DNA of 54,150 nucleotides from an uncultured Actinomycetes bacterium. Lineage in GTDB: Bacteria > Actinomycetota > Thermoleophilia > UBA2241. Where the stretch lies: assembly GCA_963767005.1 (NCBI GenBank), contig CAVYCN010000005.1, positions 1 through 54,150 of the forward strand, in the 5' to 3' direction. Both the position numbers and the translations under genes were made by a program. This document shows, piece after piece, positions 8,922-18,511 of this stretch (its first letter is position 1; each line of letters starts with the position of its first letter). The notes below the pieces were generated by a model. That model was not told the DNA's origin. It searched no databases and saw only the letters and a list, made by a program, of their open reading frames with translations.

Positions 8922-10850
8922 TTGGACTTCTACAAGGGCAGCGTGCTCAGGGTCGACATGACCTCCAGGACGGCCGACGTCGAGCCGCTCAACATGGAGT
9001 GGGCACGCCTGTACGTCGGCGGGAAGGGCCTGATGCTCCGCTATCTGTGGGAGCTGACCGAGCCGGGCATGGACCCCTGGTCGCCCGAGAATCCGCTGAT
9101 CGTCGTGCCGGGACCGTTCGCCGGCACCAACGTGAGCACCTGCTCGCGGGTGGTGCTGGGCGGCAAGAGCCCGTAACGGCATGATTCTCGACAGCTACTG
9201 CGGCGGCTCGTTGGTCATCTAAGTTCGCCGGCTACGACATGATCATCGTGCAGGGCTGCGCCGCCGAGCCACCACCAACGTGAGCACCTGCTCGCGCGTC
9301 GTGCTCGGCGGCAAGAGCCCCGCCAGCGGCACCATCCTCGACAGCTACTGCGGCGGTTCGTTCGGCTCGATCATCAAGTTCGCCGGCTACGACATGATCA
9401 TCGTCCAGGGGTGCGCGCCCGAGCTCACGGCGGTGCTGATCAAAGACGACCAGGTCAGCTTCGTGCCGGCCGCCAAGTACGCCGGCATGCTGACCGCCGA
9501 GCATCGAAGCCACGCTGCGCGCCGACTTCGATCCGCGCATGACTCACTGTCGATCGGCCCCGCCGGCGAGTACAAGCTGCCCTGGGCCTGCGTGTCGAAC
9601 GACCAGTACCACAAGGCCGGGCGCGGCGGCACCGGCGCCCTGATGGGCTCCAAGAACCTCAAGGCGATCGCCGTGGCCGGCACCGGCCGCGTCGAGGTCG
9701 GCGACGCCCGTGCGTTCCTCGAAGACGTCGAGCGCATCGACACCGACTACATCCTCACCGACGCCAACTACTGGGTCCACGAGGAGGGCACGCCCGGTGC
9801 TCGTCGACGCCACCAACGGCGCCGGCTGCCAGCCCACGCGCAACTACGCCGAGGGCACGTTCGAGGGCGCCGGCAAGATCGACTCCGAGGCGTTCCAGAA
9901 GATCCGCGTCAAGAAGCGCGCCTGCTACCAGTGCACGCTGGCCTGCCGCAACTTCCACCGCATCAACGACGTCGAGGGCGAGGGCCCCGAGTACGAGACG
10001 ATCGCTCTGTGCGGCTCGAACTGCGGCATCGACGACATCGCCGCCCTCATGGAGTTCAACCACCTCTGCGACGAGTACGGCCTCGACACCATCTCGACCG
10101 GCAACGTGCTCGGTCTGGCCATGGACCTGACCGAGAAGGGCATCCACGATTTCGGCGTGCGCTTCGGCGACGTCGAGGCCTACCTCAAGATCCCCGAGCA
10201 GCTCGCGCACGCGCACCGGCATCGGCGCCGAGCTCGCCATGGGCACGCGCGCCCTGGCCGCGAAGTACGGCCACTCCGAGCTGGGCATGCAGGTCAAGGG
10301 CCTCGAGGCGCCCGGCTACGACCCGCGCGGCTCGTTCGGCATGAGCATCGCCTACGCCACCTCAGACCGCGGCGCCTGCCATATGCGCTCGTTCCCGATC
10401 GGCGTCGAGATCGTCGAGGGCACCATGCCGGCCGACACGCTCGACGAAAGCAAGGCCGAGTTCAACGTCAACTTCCAGAACCACTACGCCTTCAAGTTCT
10501 GCGGCATCTGGTGCGACTTCTGGGCGATCGACTACGAGCAGATGGGCATGCTGATGAAGCACCTCTGGAGGCGCGACGTCAGCGAAGAGGAGATGACCCA
10601 GCGTCGGTGAGCGCGTCTGGAACCTCGGGCGCCTGTTCAACCTGCGCGAGGGCTACAAGGGCCGACGACGAGCGTGCCCGAAGCCTGGCTCGAGAAGCCG
10701 TTCACCAAGGGCGTCTCGGCGGGCAAGACGATCGGCACGGCGCGCTTCAACGAGGTCCTGGCCGAGTACTACGCCCTGCGTGGCTGGGACGAGAACGGCG
10801 TACCCACCGAGGCCAAGCTCACCGAGCTCGGCATCGACGTGCGGCTCTAG
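8922..10850 (+). CDS. aor: Aldehyde:ferredoxin oxidoreductase (W/Mo-bis-pterin AOR family) 1, with frameshifts and an internal duplication
   Basis: 'YVGGKGL', 'KSP...DS.CGG.FG..IKFAGYD', 'IGPAGE', 'GRGG.GALMGSKNLKAI', 'CYQC.LAC', 'EGPEYET', 'CDEYGLDTISTG', 'VKGLEAPGYDPR', 'ATSDRGACH', 'YY.LRGWDENGVPT'. Confidence 0.92.
9125..9424 (+). repeat. Imperfect tandem duplication of about 150 bp inside aor1
   Basis: Copy 1 (9125-9269) and copy 2 (9273-9424) both encode TNVSTCSRVVLGGKSP...KFAGYDMIIVQGCA.E. Confidence 0.9.
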
Positions 10851-10937
10851 GCCGTCGACCGACTACGTCGTCGCCGCTCGGCTGGCGTGACTACGTTGTG
10901 CGCCAGTGACTGACACGCGGCGAGAAAGGGACTGAAG

Positions 10938-11441
10938 ATGCCTCACGTGATGATCAGCAGCAAGAAGTGCACCGGCTGCCACATGTGCGAGCTCGGTTGC
11001 TCGGCGTGGCACGAAGGCGGCTTTCAGCCGTCGCGCGCCCGGCTGTTCGCCGACGTCAACCCGACCACCGCGGTGATCAAGGGTCATACCTGCCTGCAGA
11101 CCGGCTGCGCCAAGTGCGAGGCGGCCTGCACCAACGGCGCCATCGTACGACGCACCGTCGCCGTCACCCCGGCCGGCGCCTTCGCCAGCAAGGAGAAGGT
11201 CGGCGACTCGGTGACCGGCGTCGTGCTCGTCGTCGACGAGGACAAGTGCACGAACTGCGGTGACTGCTACGACGTGTGCCCCTACGGCGTGATCCACGAG
11301 CACCCCGAGCGCAAGGTGGCATTCAAGTGCGACCTGTGCGACGGTGACCCGCAGTGCATCGCGTTCTGCCAGAACCAGTACGTCCTGGCGGTCGACCTCA
11401 AGGTCGACAAGGCCGATCGCGCGCTCACGGTCGAGGTCTGA
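10938..11441 (+). CDS. 4Fe-4S dicluster/polyferredoxin protein (likely AOR electron-transfer subunit)
   Basis: CTGCHMCELGC, CLQTGCAKCEAAC, CTNCGDCYDVCP, KCDLCDGDPQC..FC. Confidence 0.93.
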   Translation: MPHVMISSKKCTGCHMCELGCSAWHEGGFQPSRARLFADVNPTTAVIKGHTCLQTGCAKCEAACTNGAIVRRTVAVTPAGAFASKEKVGDSVTGVVLVVDEDKCTNCGDCYDVCPYGVIHEHPERKVAFKCDLCDGDPQCIAFCQNQYVLAVDLKVDKADRALTVEV

Positions 11442-11502
11442 GGGTCGGCACGGCGAGAGCGGGGTGTCTCGTGGGCGCAGGCCTGGGTCCTGTGCGAGTG
11501 AC

Positions 11503-12057
11503 GTGAGCGGGGCCGGCTCAGCGGCGCAGCAGAGTGGCGGCGGCCGGCCGGGCCACCATCGCGCGCGGCACAACCAGAGCAACCCGAGCCACCTGCGCGT
11601 GCCGGCGCCGGCCAGCGTGGCCACGCCGTCCGGCCTGCACCCCGAGGGGCGAATCTGGCTGCAGGAGCGCGGTCTGCGGGTCTTCGGACCGGGCGCCCAG
11701 GAGCTCCTGCGCCGCGTCGACGAGACCGGCTCGCTCAACCAGGCCGCCAAGGACATGAAGATGGCCTACAGCAAGGCATGGCGCATGGTCGGCGAGATCG
11801 AACAGGGGCTTGGCGTGAACCTGCTCGAGCGCCAGACCGGAGGGGCGGTCGGCGGCGGCTCCCGGCTGACCGCCGAAGGCAGGCTGGTGCTCGAGCGGTT
11901 CGATGCGTTCCTGCGCGACGTCGACGGCATGCTCGAGACGCTCTTTCGCCGGCACTTCTCCGATCTCTCCTACGGAGGGACGCCGGCCGACACGTCCGAC
12001 GCCGAAGAGCGCCGAAGCGCTCCCAACGAACAACGGGGACCCTGGCGTGGGGTCTGA
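11503..12057 (+). CDS. ModE N-terminal-type winged-helix regulator (start uncertain)
   Basis: 'VFGPGAQELLRRVDETGSLNQAAKDMKMAYSKAWRMV..IEQGLG..LLERQTGG..GGGSRLT'. No TOBE domain follows. Confidence 0.88.
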   Translation: MSGAGSAAQQSGGGRPGHHRARHNQSNPSHLRVPAPASVATPSGLHPEGRIWLQERGLRVFGPGAQELLRRVDETGSLNQAAKDMKMAYSKAWRMVGEIEQGLGVNLLERQTGGAVGGGSRLTAEGRLVLERFDAFLRDVDGMLETLFRRHFSDLSYGGTPADTSDAEERRSAPNEQRGPWRGV

Positions 12058-12252
12058 CGTCCGGCGCCGTCCGTCCGCTTCCACTGCGGCGAATCGCTCG
12101 CCGCGGCGCCGGAGCGAGCGCGGTCCGGGGCGCCCTTCGCATAAGATGTCCGCGACGACGTGCTTCGGCACGCGCGGCTCGTGGCGCAGCGCGGCAAGGC
12201 CCGCTGTCGCCCGGACAGCGGACGCGTGATCGCGAGTCGGAAAGGAAGCGGC

Positions 12253-14001
12253 ATGGCGAACCTGCTCAGGATCGATCTTACCGCCGGCACGGTCACCCAG
12301 GAGACCATCCCGCCCGATCTCATCCGTGAGTACATCGGCGGCAAGGGCCTGGGCACGCACTACCTCGCGGCCGAGGTCGCTCCCGACGTTGGCGGGCTCG
12401 AGCCGGCCAACAAGCTGATCTTCGTGAACGGCCCGATCACCGGCACGACCATGTTCGGCAGCAACCGCTACGGCGTGCACTTCGTATCGCCGCTGACCGG
12501 CGGCTACGGCGAGTGCACCTCGGGCGGTCACGTCGCACCGCAGTTCGCGCGCAGCGGCTTTCGCGTGATGATCGTCGAGGGCGCGGCCGCCGAGCCCGTC
12601 TACCTCGAGATCTCCGAGGAGGGCGCCGTCATCCATCCGGCCGGCGACGTCTGGGGTCTCGACACCTACCGCGCCGAAGAGGCCCTGGTCGCGCGCCACC
12701 GTGAGCGCTTCCCCAAGGCGCAGGCCTGCGTCATCGGCCCGGCTGGCGAGAAGCTCGTGCGCTTCGCCTGCGTCGAGAACAACAAGTGGCACAGCCTGGG
12801 GCGCGGCGGCAGCGGCGCGGTCATGGGCTCCAAGAAGCTCAAGGGCATCGTGTTCCACGGCGACCAGAAGGTCGAGGTGGCACGCCCCGACGAGTTCAAG
12901 GCGCTCGTCAGGGACATGGCCGGGCGCGCCAAGGACGACGCCGGCGTGGCCGCCTACCGGCGCGGCGGCACCGTCAACATGGTGCGCACAATCAACGGCG
13001 TCAACGCCTTTCCCACCCGCTACTGGCGCAAGGGTCACCTCGACGACTTCGAGCCGCTCACCACCGAGGCCATGATCGAAGGCTACCTCGAGCACAACGA
13101 CGTCTGCCCACCCTGCCTGCTGCAATGCATCAAGCACAACGTGATCCGCGAGGGTCCGCACGCGGGCCTCGAGATCGACGGTCCCGAGTACGAGACGCTC
13201 TACGTCTTCGGCGGCCTGTGCGAGATCGTCGACTTCGGCCAGGTCATGCACCTGAACGACATCTGCGACCGCCTCGGCGTCGACACCATGACGGCCGGCA
13301 ACCTCTGCGCTCTGGCCATCGAGGCGTCGCGCCGCGGCCTGATCGACGCCGGCCTCGACTTTGGCGACGCCGACGGCGTCGCCGCGTTCCTCGAGTCGAT
13401 GTGCCTGCGCGACACCCCGCTCGGCGACCTGTTCGCCGACGGCGTGCTGCGCGTCGAGAAGGAGCTCGGGCTCGAGGGTGTGGCCGTGCACGTCAAGGGC
13501 ATGGAACCGGCCGGCTACGACCCGCGTTCGCTGCGCGGCATGGGCCTGGGCTTCTGCGCCACGTCGCGCGGCGCCTGCCACCTGCGGGCCACCTTCTACA
13601 AGGCTGAGCTCGCCGGTTTCAGCGACACCAACGTGCTCGAGGGCAAGGCGGGCGTCTACGTCGACTGGGAAGACCGCCTCTGCATCATGGACACCCTGAT
13701 CTTCTGCCGCTTCTACCGCGACCTCGTGCCGTGGCCGTACATCACCCAGGTCGTGAACGCCGCCATCGGCACCGACTACACTGAGGACGACCTGCACGCT
13801 TTGGCGGCCCGCATCATCACGGAATCGCATGCCTACAACGAGGCCCGCGGCTTCACGCCGCGCACCAAGGAACGGCTGCCCGCTTGGATCACTGAGCGCG
13901 CGACCGAGGACGAGCAGCACCTCACGGTGACCCAGGAGCAGATGGACTTCATGGTGAGCGACTACTACCGCGAGCGCGGCTGGGAGCCGCCGGAGCTGTA
14001 G
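12253..14001 (+). CDS. aor: Aldehyde:ferredoxin oxidoreductase 2 (intact)
   Basis: RBS GGAAAGGA. 'YIGGKGLG', 'SPLTGGYGEC.SGG', 'IGPAGEK', 'GRGG.GAVMGSKKLK', 'CPPCLLQC', 'GPEYET', 'HVKGMEPAGYDPR', 'RGACHL'. Confidence 0.95.
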   Translation: MANLLRIDLTAGTVTQETIPPDLIREYIGGKGLGTHYLAAEVAPDVGGLEPANKLIFVNGPITGTTMFGSNRYGVHFVSPLTGGYGECTSGGHVAPQFARSGFRVMIVEGAAAEPVYLEISEEGAVIHPAGDVWGLDTYRAEEALVARHRERFPKAQACVIGPAGEKLVRFACVENNKWHSLGRGGSGAVMGSKKLKGIVFHGDQKVEVARPDEFKALVRDMAGRAKDDAGVAAYRRGGTVNMVRTINGVNAFPTRYWRKGHLDDFEPLTTEAMIEGYLEHNDVCPPCLLQCIKHNVIREGPHAGLEIDGPEYETLYVFGGLCEIVDFGQVMHLNDICDRLGVDTMTAGNLCALAIEASRRGLIDAGLDFGDADGVAAFLESMCLRDTPLGDLFADGVLRVEKELGLEGVAVHVKGMEPAGYDPRSLRGMGLGFCATSRGACHLRATFYKAELAGFSDTNVLEGKAGVYVDWEDRLCIMDTLIFCRFYRDLVPWPYITQVVNAAIGTDYTEDDLHALAARIITESHAYNEARGFTPRTKERLPAWITERATEDEQHLTVTQEQMDFMVSDYYRERGWEPPEL

Positions 14002-14099
14002 CGGCGCGAGGGTCGCCGCGGCGCGTCGCCACGGCCGGCGAGGCGGCTGCTACAATCATCTGCGTCAAACCAGTCGCTCGCAGCACAAGGGGAGTCGTC

Positions 14100-14366
14100 G
14101 TGGCCAAGGTCCGCGTGAAGCTGCCGCTCGGGGTCACCTACCCCGACCCGCAGAAAGAGCTCGAATGCGAGGGCGGCACCGTCGAAGAGGCCCTCACCGC
14201 GGCGATCGCCGCCGAGCCTCGGCTCGAACCGCGCATCTACAAGGACGGCAGGCTCTACGTGGGCGTGTTCGTCAATGACCGCAACATCGCCCATCTGGGC
14301 GGTCTCACAGCGCCGCTCTCGGACGGAGATGTGATCCGCGTCCTGCCTCCCATCGCCGGAGGCTGA
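14100..14366 (+). CDS. moaD: MoaD/ThiS family ubiquitin-like sulfur carrier
   Basis: 88 aa, 'VFVND.NI..LGGL..PLSDGD.I.VLPPIAGG' with a C-terminal GG. TACAAT -10-like element at 14051-14056. Confidence 0.9.
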   Translation: MAKVRVKLPLGVTYPDPQKELECEGGTVEEALTAAIAAEPRLEPRIYKDGRLYVGVFVNDRNIAHLGGLTAPLSDGDVIRVLPPIAGG

Positions 14367-14405
14367 TGCCCGGCTCCGGGCCTCCCCGGCCCCGGGCATG
14401 GCAGT

Positions 14406-14771
14406 CTACGCGTGCTCGGCGTGGTCGCCGGGGACGGGCGGCCAGTCGGCGAAGTGCTTCATGTACAGCTTCTCGAGGTCACGATCGACGTCGGCCCGCA
14501 GCGCGTGAAAGCGACGCAGGAGCTCCTCGCCCTCGGGACTGAGTCGCGAGCCGCCGCCGTGCTCGCCGCCGATGCGACGCTCGAGCAGCGGAAAGCCCAG
14601 GCGCTCCTCGGCCGCGTGCAGCGTGCGCCAGGCCTTGTTGTACGACATGCCCATATGAGCGGCGGCACGGCTGAGCGAGCCCTCGGTGCCCACCAGGTCG
14701 AGCAGCGCGGCCGGCCCCTCACCGAACGCGCGCCCCCCGGCGTCGAGCCACAGTCGATACGCGAGTCGCAT
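14406..14771 (-). CDS. Second ModE N-terminal-type winged-helix regulator
   Basis: 'AFGEGPAALL..V...GSLSRAAAHMGMSYNKAWRTL...EERLGFPLLERRIGG..GGGSRL'. Confidence 0.9.
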   Translation of the reverse strand: MRLAYRLWLDAGGRAFGEGPAALLDLVGTEGSLSRAAAHMGMSYNKAWRTLHAAEERLGFPLLERRIGGEHGGGSRLSPEGEELLRRFHALRADVDRDLEKLYMKHFADWPPVPGDHAEHA

Positions 14772-14781
14772 GGCGCCCAGC

Positions 14782-15409
14782 CTACTCCTGCGCGAGCAGC
14801 CAGACGACCACTTCGCCCGGCCCGTGGACGCCGGTCACGTGGGTCGCCGCGATGTCCGACGTGCCGCTCGGCCCGCTGATCACGCTCACGCAGCTCGGGA
14901 GGGTGGCGGCAGGCGCGGCGGCGGCGGGCGGCGCAGCCGGCCCGCCGCCGCCCGACGGCGTTGCCCGTTCCGCGAGCGCGCGCAGCACGTCGCCGAGGCC
15001 GGCCACCAGCCGTGAAGCCGGCACGAAGAACGCGGCCACCGGCGGCAGCAGCGAGGTGCCGCGACGCACCGACGCACCGCTGCATACCACGACCCCGCCG
15101 GTCTCGGCGACGCCCCAGTCGGCCTCGCAGAGGCCGGCCTCAGCGTCGCGCGCCTCGTCGGTCCAGCGCCAGGGGGCGCCGTCCCAGCGCAGCGCCGGCG
15201 CGCCCGCCACTGCGCGCCAGCCGCGCTCGCCGGCGAGCCGCTCCAGGTCACGACGCGCCGCGGCCGTCGTGGCGACCACCGCGCCGGTGGCCCCGAGCTC
15301 GCCGAGGCGCTCGAGGAACAGGTCGACGAGCGCCGCCCGGTCGCGCCCGGTCGCTCTCGGCTCGACGGGAGAGCCAGCCGCAGGCGAGGGATCGACGGCC
15401 TGCCGTCAC
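14782..15409 (-). CDS. lutC: Lactate utilisation protein C (LUD domain), N-terminal frameshift
   Basis: 'ADWGVAETGGVVV......RGTSLLPP' and 'ISGPS.TSDIA.THVTGVHGP'; last gene of a lutABC arrangement. Confidence 0.85.
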
Positions 15410-16892
15410 CCCCGGCTCCCGGCCGTGCGGTGTCGTCGGGCGCGCGGCCTCGTCCCAGGCCGCCCGGAAGCTGCGCCCCTCGCCGCGCGGGAAGTCGCGC
15501 GTCGCGGGTCCAGGGGCCGAGCGGGCCGCGGCCGCGCAGGCGCGGCCCCGAGAGCGGCGCGCGCCGCAGCAGCGGCAGCGCGAGCCGCTCGAGCGCGCGC
15601 CACAGCCGCGGGCGCCGCGTGACCTCGGCGTACGCCGCAAGACCGGTGCCCCACGCCGGCGAGACCAACCCCTGCGCGACCGCGTCCTCGCGCAGCTCGC
15701 GGATCATCTCGGCCAGCGGGATGCGCGCCGAGCAGACCTCGGTGCAGGCGCCGCAGAGGCTGCTCGCGAAGGGCAGGTCGGGGTGGCGGTCGAGGCCCTC
15801 GAGCAGCGGGCTCAGCACAGCGCCGATCGGTCCCGGTGTAGACCGCGTCGTAGGCATGGCCGCCGATCTTGCGGTAGACCGGACAGACGTCGAGGCAGGC
15901 GCCGCAACGGATGCACGACAGGACCTGCTCGTAGCGGCCGCCGAGCAGGCGCGAGCGGCCGTTGTCGACGATCACGACGTGCAGCTCCTCGGGACCGTCG
16001 GCCTCGCCCGGGCGCCGCGGCCCGGTGATCGCGGTCACGTAGGCGGTCGTGCGCAGGCCCACGCCGGCGCGCGGCAGCACGCGCGAGGATGGCCTCGAGG
16101 TCGGGCAGCGCCGGCACCAGCCGCTCGACGCCCATGACCACCACGTGCGTGCGCGGCAGCGTGGTCGTCATGCGGCCGTTGCCCTCGTTCGTCACGAGCA
16201 CGATCGAGCCGCTCGCGGCGACCCCGAAGTTGGCGCCCGTGATGCCCATGTCGGCGGCCAGGAACTTGCCGCGCAGCACGTCGCGGGCGTAGCGCGTGAG
16301 CGAGGGCGGGTCGGCGCCGACGTCGCGGCCGGCGGCCGCCGAGAACAGCGCCCGGATGCGCTCGACCGACAGGTGGATCGCCGGCTTCAGAATGTGGAAC
16401 GGGCGCTCGCCGGAGAGCTGCACGATGTACTCGCCGAGATCGGTCTCGACGACCTCGGCGCCGGCCGCCTCGAGCGCCGGGTTGAGGCCGATCTCCTCGG
16501 TCACCATCGACTTGGACTTCACGACGCGGCGCACGCCGCGCTCGCGGGCGAGGCCGACCACGTGCTCGCGCGCCTCGGCCGCGTCGGCGGCGAAGAACAC
16601 GTGGCCGCCGGCCCGCTCGACGTTGTCGGCGAACTGCGCGACGTAGCGGTCGAGGTGGGCGAGCGTCTCGGCCCGCACGCGGGCGATCTCGTCGAGGGCC
16701 GCGTCCCACGCGGGCTCGGCTCGCGCCGGCGCGGCGAGCGCCTGCACGTAGTCCTGGCCGTCGCGCAGCACGGCGCTGCAGGGCGGCGTCGTCAAGCGCG
16801 CCTTCGACGCGCGCGTCAAAGCCGCGCCGCGACGCCGCCGCCCGCCGCCGGGCCTCGCCGCGCGTCGCCTTCAGATCGCGCGCGCCGCTCAT
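15406..16892 (-). CDS. lutB: LutB/LldF L-lactate oxidation iron-sulfur protein (frameshifted)
   Basis: 'VKSKSMVTEEI.LN', 'ETDLGEYIVQL..E.P.HI..PAIH', 'GITGANF', 'TNEGNGRM', 'CIRCGACLDVCPVY...GGHAY', 'SSLCGACTEVC'. Confidence 0.92.
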
Positions 16893-17714
16893 GGCGCACC
16901 TTCACGTCGTGCAGCGGGCCGCTCACCCCGCCACCCCGCGGCCAGCACCTCGGCGAGGTGGCGCACCTCGATCGCGCTGCCCCGCCGGCGCAGCCGGCCC
17001 TCGATGTTCAGCAAGGCAGCTCGCATCGAGCCCGACGAGCAGGTCGGCGCCCGATGGCGAGCACGTCGTCGACCTTCTCGTCGACCATCGCCGCCGAGAT
17101 GCGCGACATCTTCACGGCGAACGTGCCGCCGAAGCCGCAGCACAGCTCAGGGTGGACGAGCGGCACCAGCTTCGAGGCCGTCGACCATGCCGAGCAGGGC
17201 GAGCGGCTGCTCGGCCACGCCGAGCAGCCGCTGCGTGTGGCAGGAGTGGTGGAAGGTGGCGCGGCGGGCGCCCTGCGGGCGCCCGCCGCTCCGCCGGGCG
17301 CTCGCGGCGGCCAACGGTCGCGCCGGCCGGCCGCGGCCGTCACCGGCAGCTCCGTCACGCCGAGCACGTCGACCAGGAACTCGGAGAACTCGAACGTGCG
17401 GGCGGCAAGGTCGGCCGCGGCCTGCTCCTCGGGCCGGCCGGCGAACAGCCGCGGGTAGCCGTCGCGCACCATCGCCGTGCACGAGCCCGAGATCGAGACC
17501 ACGTGCTCGCTGCCGTCGAAGGCGCGCAGGAAAGCGCGGGCGCTGATGCGTGCCGCGTCGGCGTAGCCGGCGTTGTAGGCCGGCTGGCCGCAGCAGGTCT
17601 GGCCGGCGGGAAAGTCGACGGCGACGCCGAGCCGGCGCAGCACCTCGACGGCGGCCGGCCCACCCGCGGGAACAGCGCGTCGCCCAGGCAGGTGATCATG
17701 AGCGACGCGCGCAC
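16889..17714 (-). CDS. lutA: LutA/LldE cysteine-rich (CCG) Fe-S protein (frameshifted; start may be 17780)
   Basis: 'LMITCLGDALFP', 'QTCCGQPAYNAG', 'SGSC..MVR', 'HHSCH', 'LCCGFGGTFAVK', 'HLAEVL'. The stop overlaps the lutB ATG (ATGA). Confidence 0.9.
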
Positions 17715-17980
17715 GGGCTGCGGCCGGTCGCCGCAGTGCTCGACTCCGCCTGATGCATCGCCGGCGCGACGATCAGCCATGCCGCGCGCAACGAGCCTGT
17801 CCGCCGGGGTCGTGTACGGCCCCGATCTGCCCCCGCCGTCGGCCGCCCGACATTCGGTCGGGCGCCGATCATGTGATGCAGGCATGATGGCGCGCAGCAC
17901 CGGGGCGGGGTGCCAGCATGATGGCACGAGAGTGATGGCATGATGGCAGCGCCAGATACCCAGGGACACGGGAGGGGACC

Positions 17981-18428
17981 ATGCATCTGTTCGGCGGCGG
18001 CAGCGGACCATACCTCGCCTACTTCCACGCGCGCCGCGAGGGGACTCAGGCCTTCCTCGAGTGGGAGGTGCGCAACGCACCGGACCTCTCCTGGCGGGTC
18101 CTGCGCTCCGAGTCGGGCTTCGCCGACGAGGCCACCGCGCCTGCCCGGGGCGACCAGACGCTCGTATGGAGGGGACGCAGGACCATCTACTGAGGAAGGC
18201 CTGGCCGACGGCGTCACCTACTACTACACGGCTTCGCGGCCGGCCAGGACGGCACCTGGCATCGGCAGGTCAAGACGCAGGCTCGAGCCGCACCACGATC
18301 ATCTTCACTGGCGTCACGGCGAGGCGGCGTTGGTCGACAAGGCGCACAACGGTCGAGCCGTGGCGCTCGAGCCTGTCCCTGGAGCTTCACTTGGCTCATT
18401 CGCGCGCCGAGGTCCCTCCGCACCGTGA
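17981..18428 (+). CDS. Hypothetical beta-rich protein (fibronectin-III-like), frameshifted
   Basis: RBS GGAGG. 'AFLEWEV....SWRVLRS.......GLADGVTYYYT' resembles the FN3 pattern, split across frames. Confidence 0.45.
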
Positions 18429-18511
18429 GTCGCAGCTCAGCGACAGGACGCACCGAGACAGCAGCGATCCCGCGCGCGGGGAATGCAGGGTACACCCGGC
18501 GCCGGGCCGCC

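Noticed and set aside
11518-13920. Long antisense ORFs (800 aa here; similar ones opposite the ALDH, MFS and SDR genes)
   Set aside because: These are shadow ORFs caused by high GC3, with no recognisable motifs.
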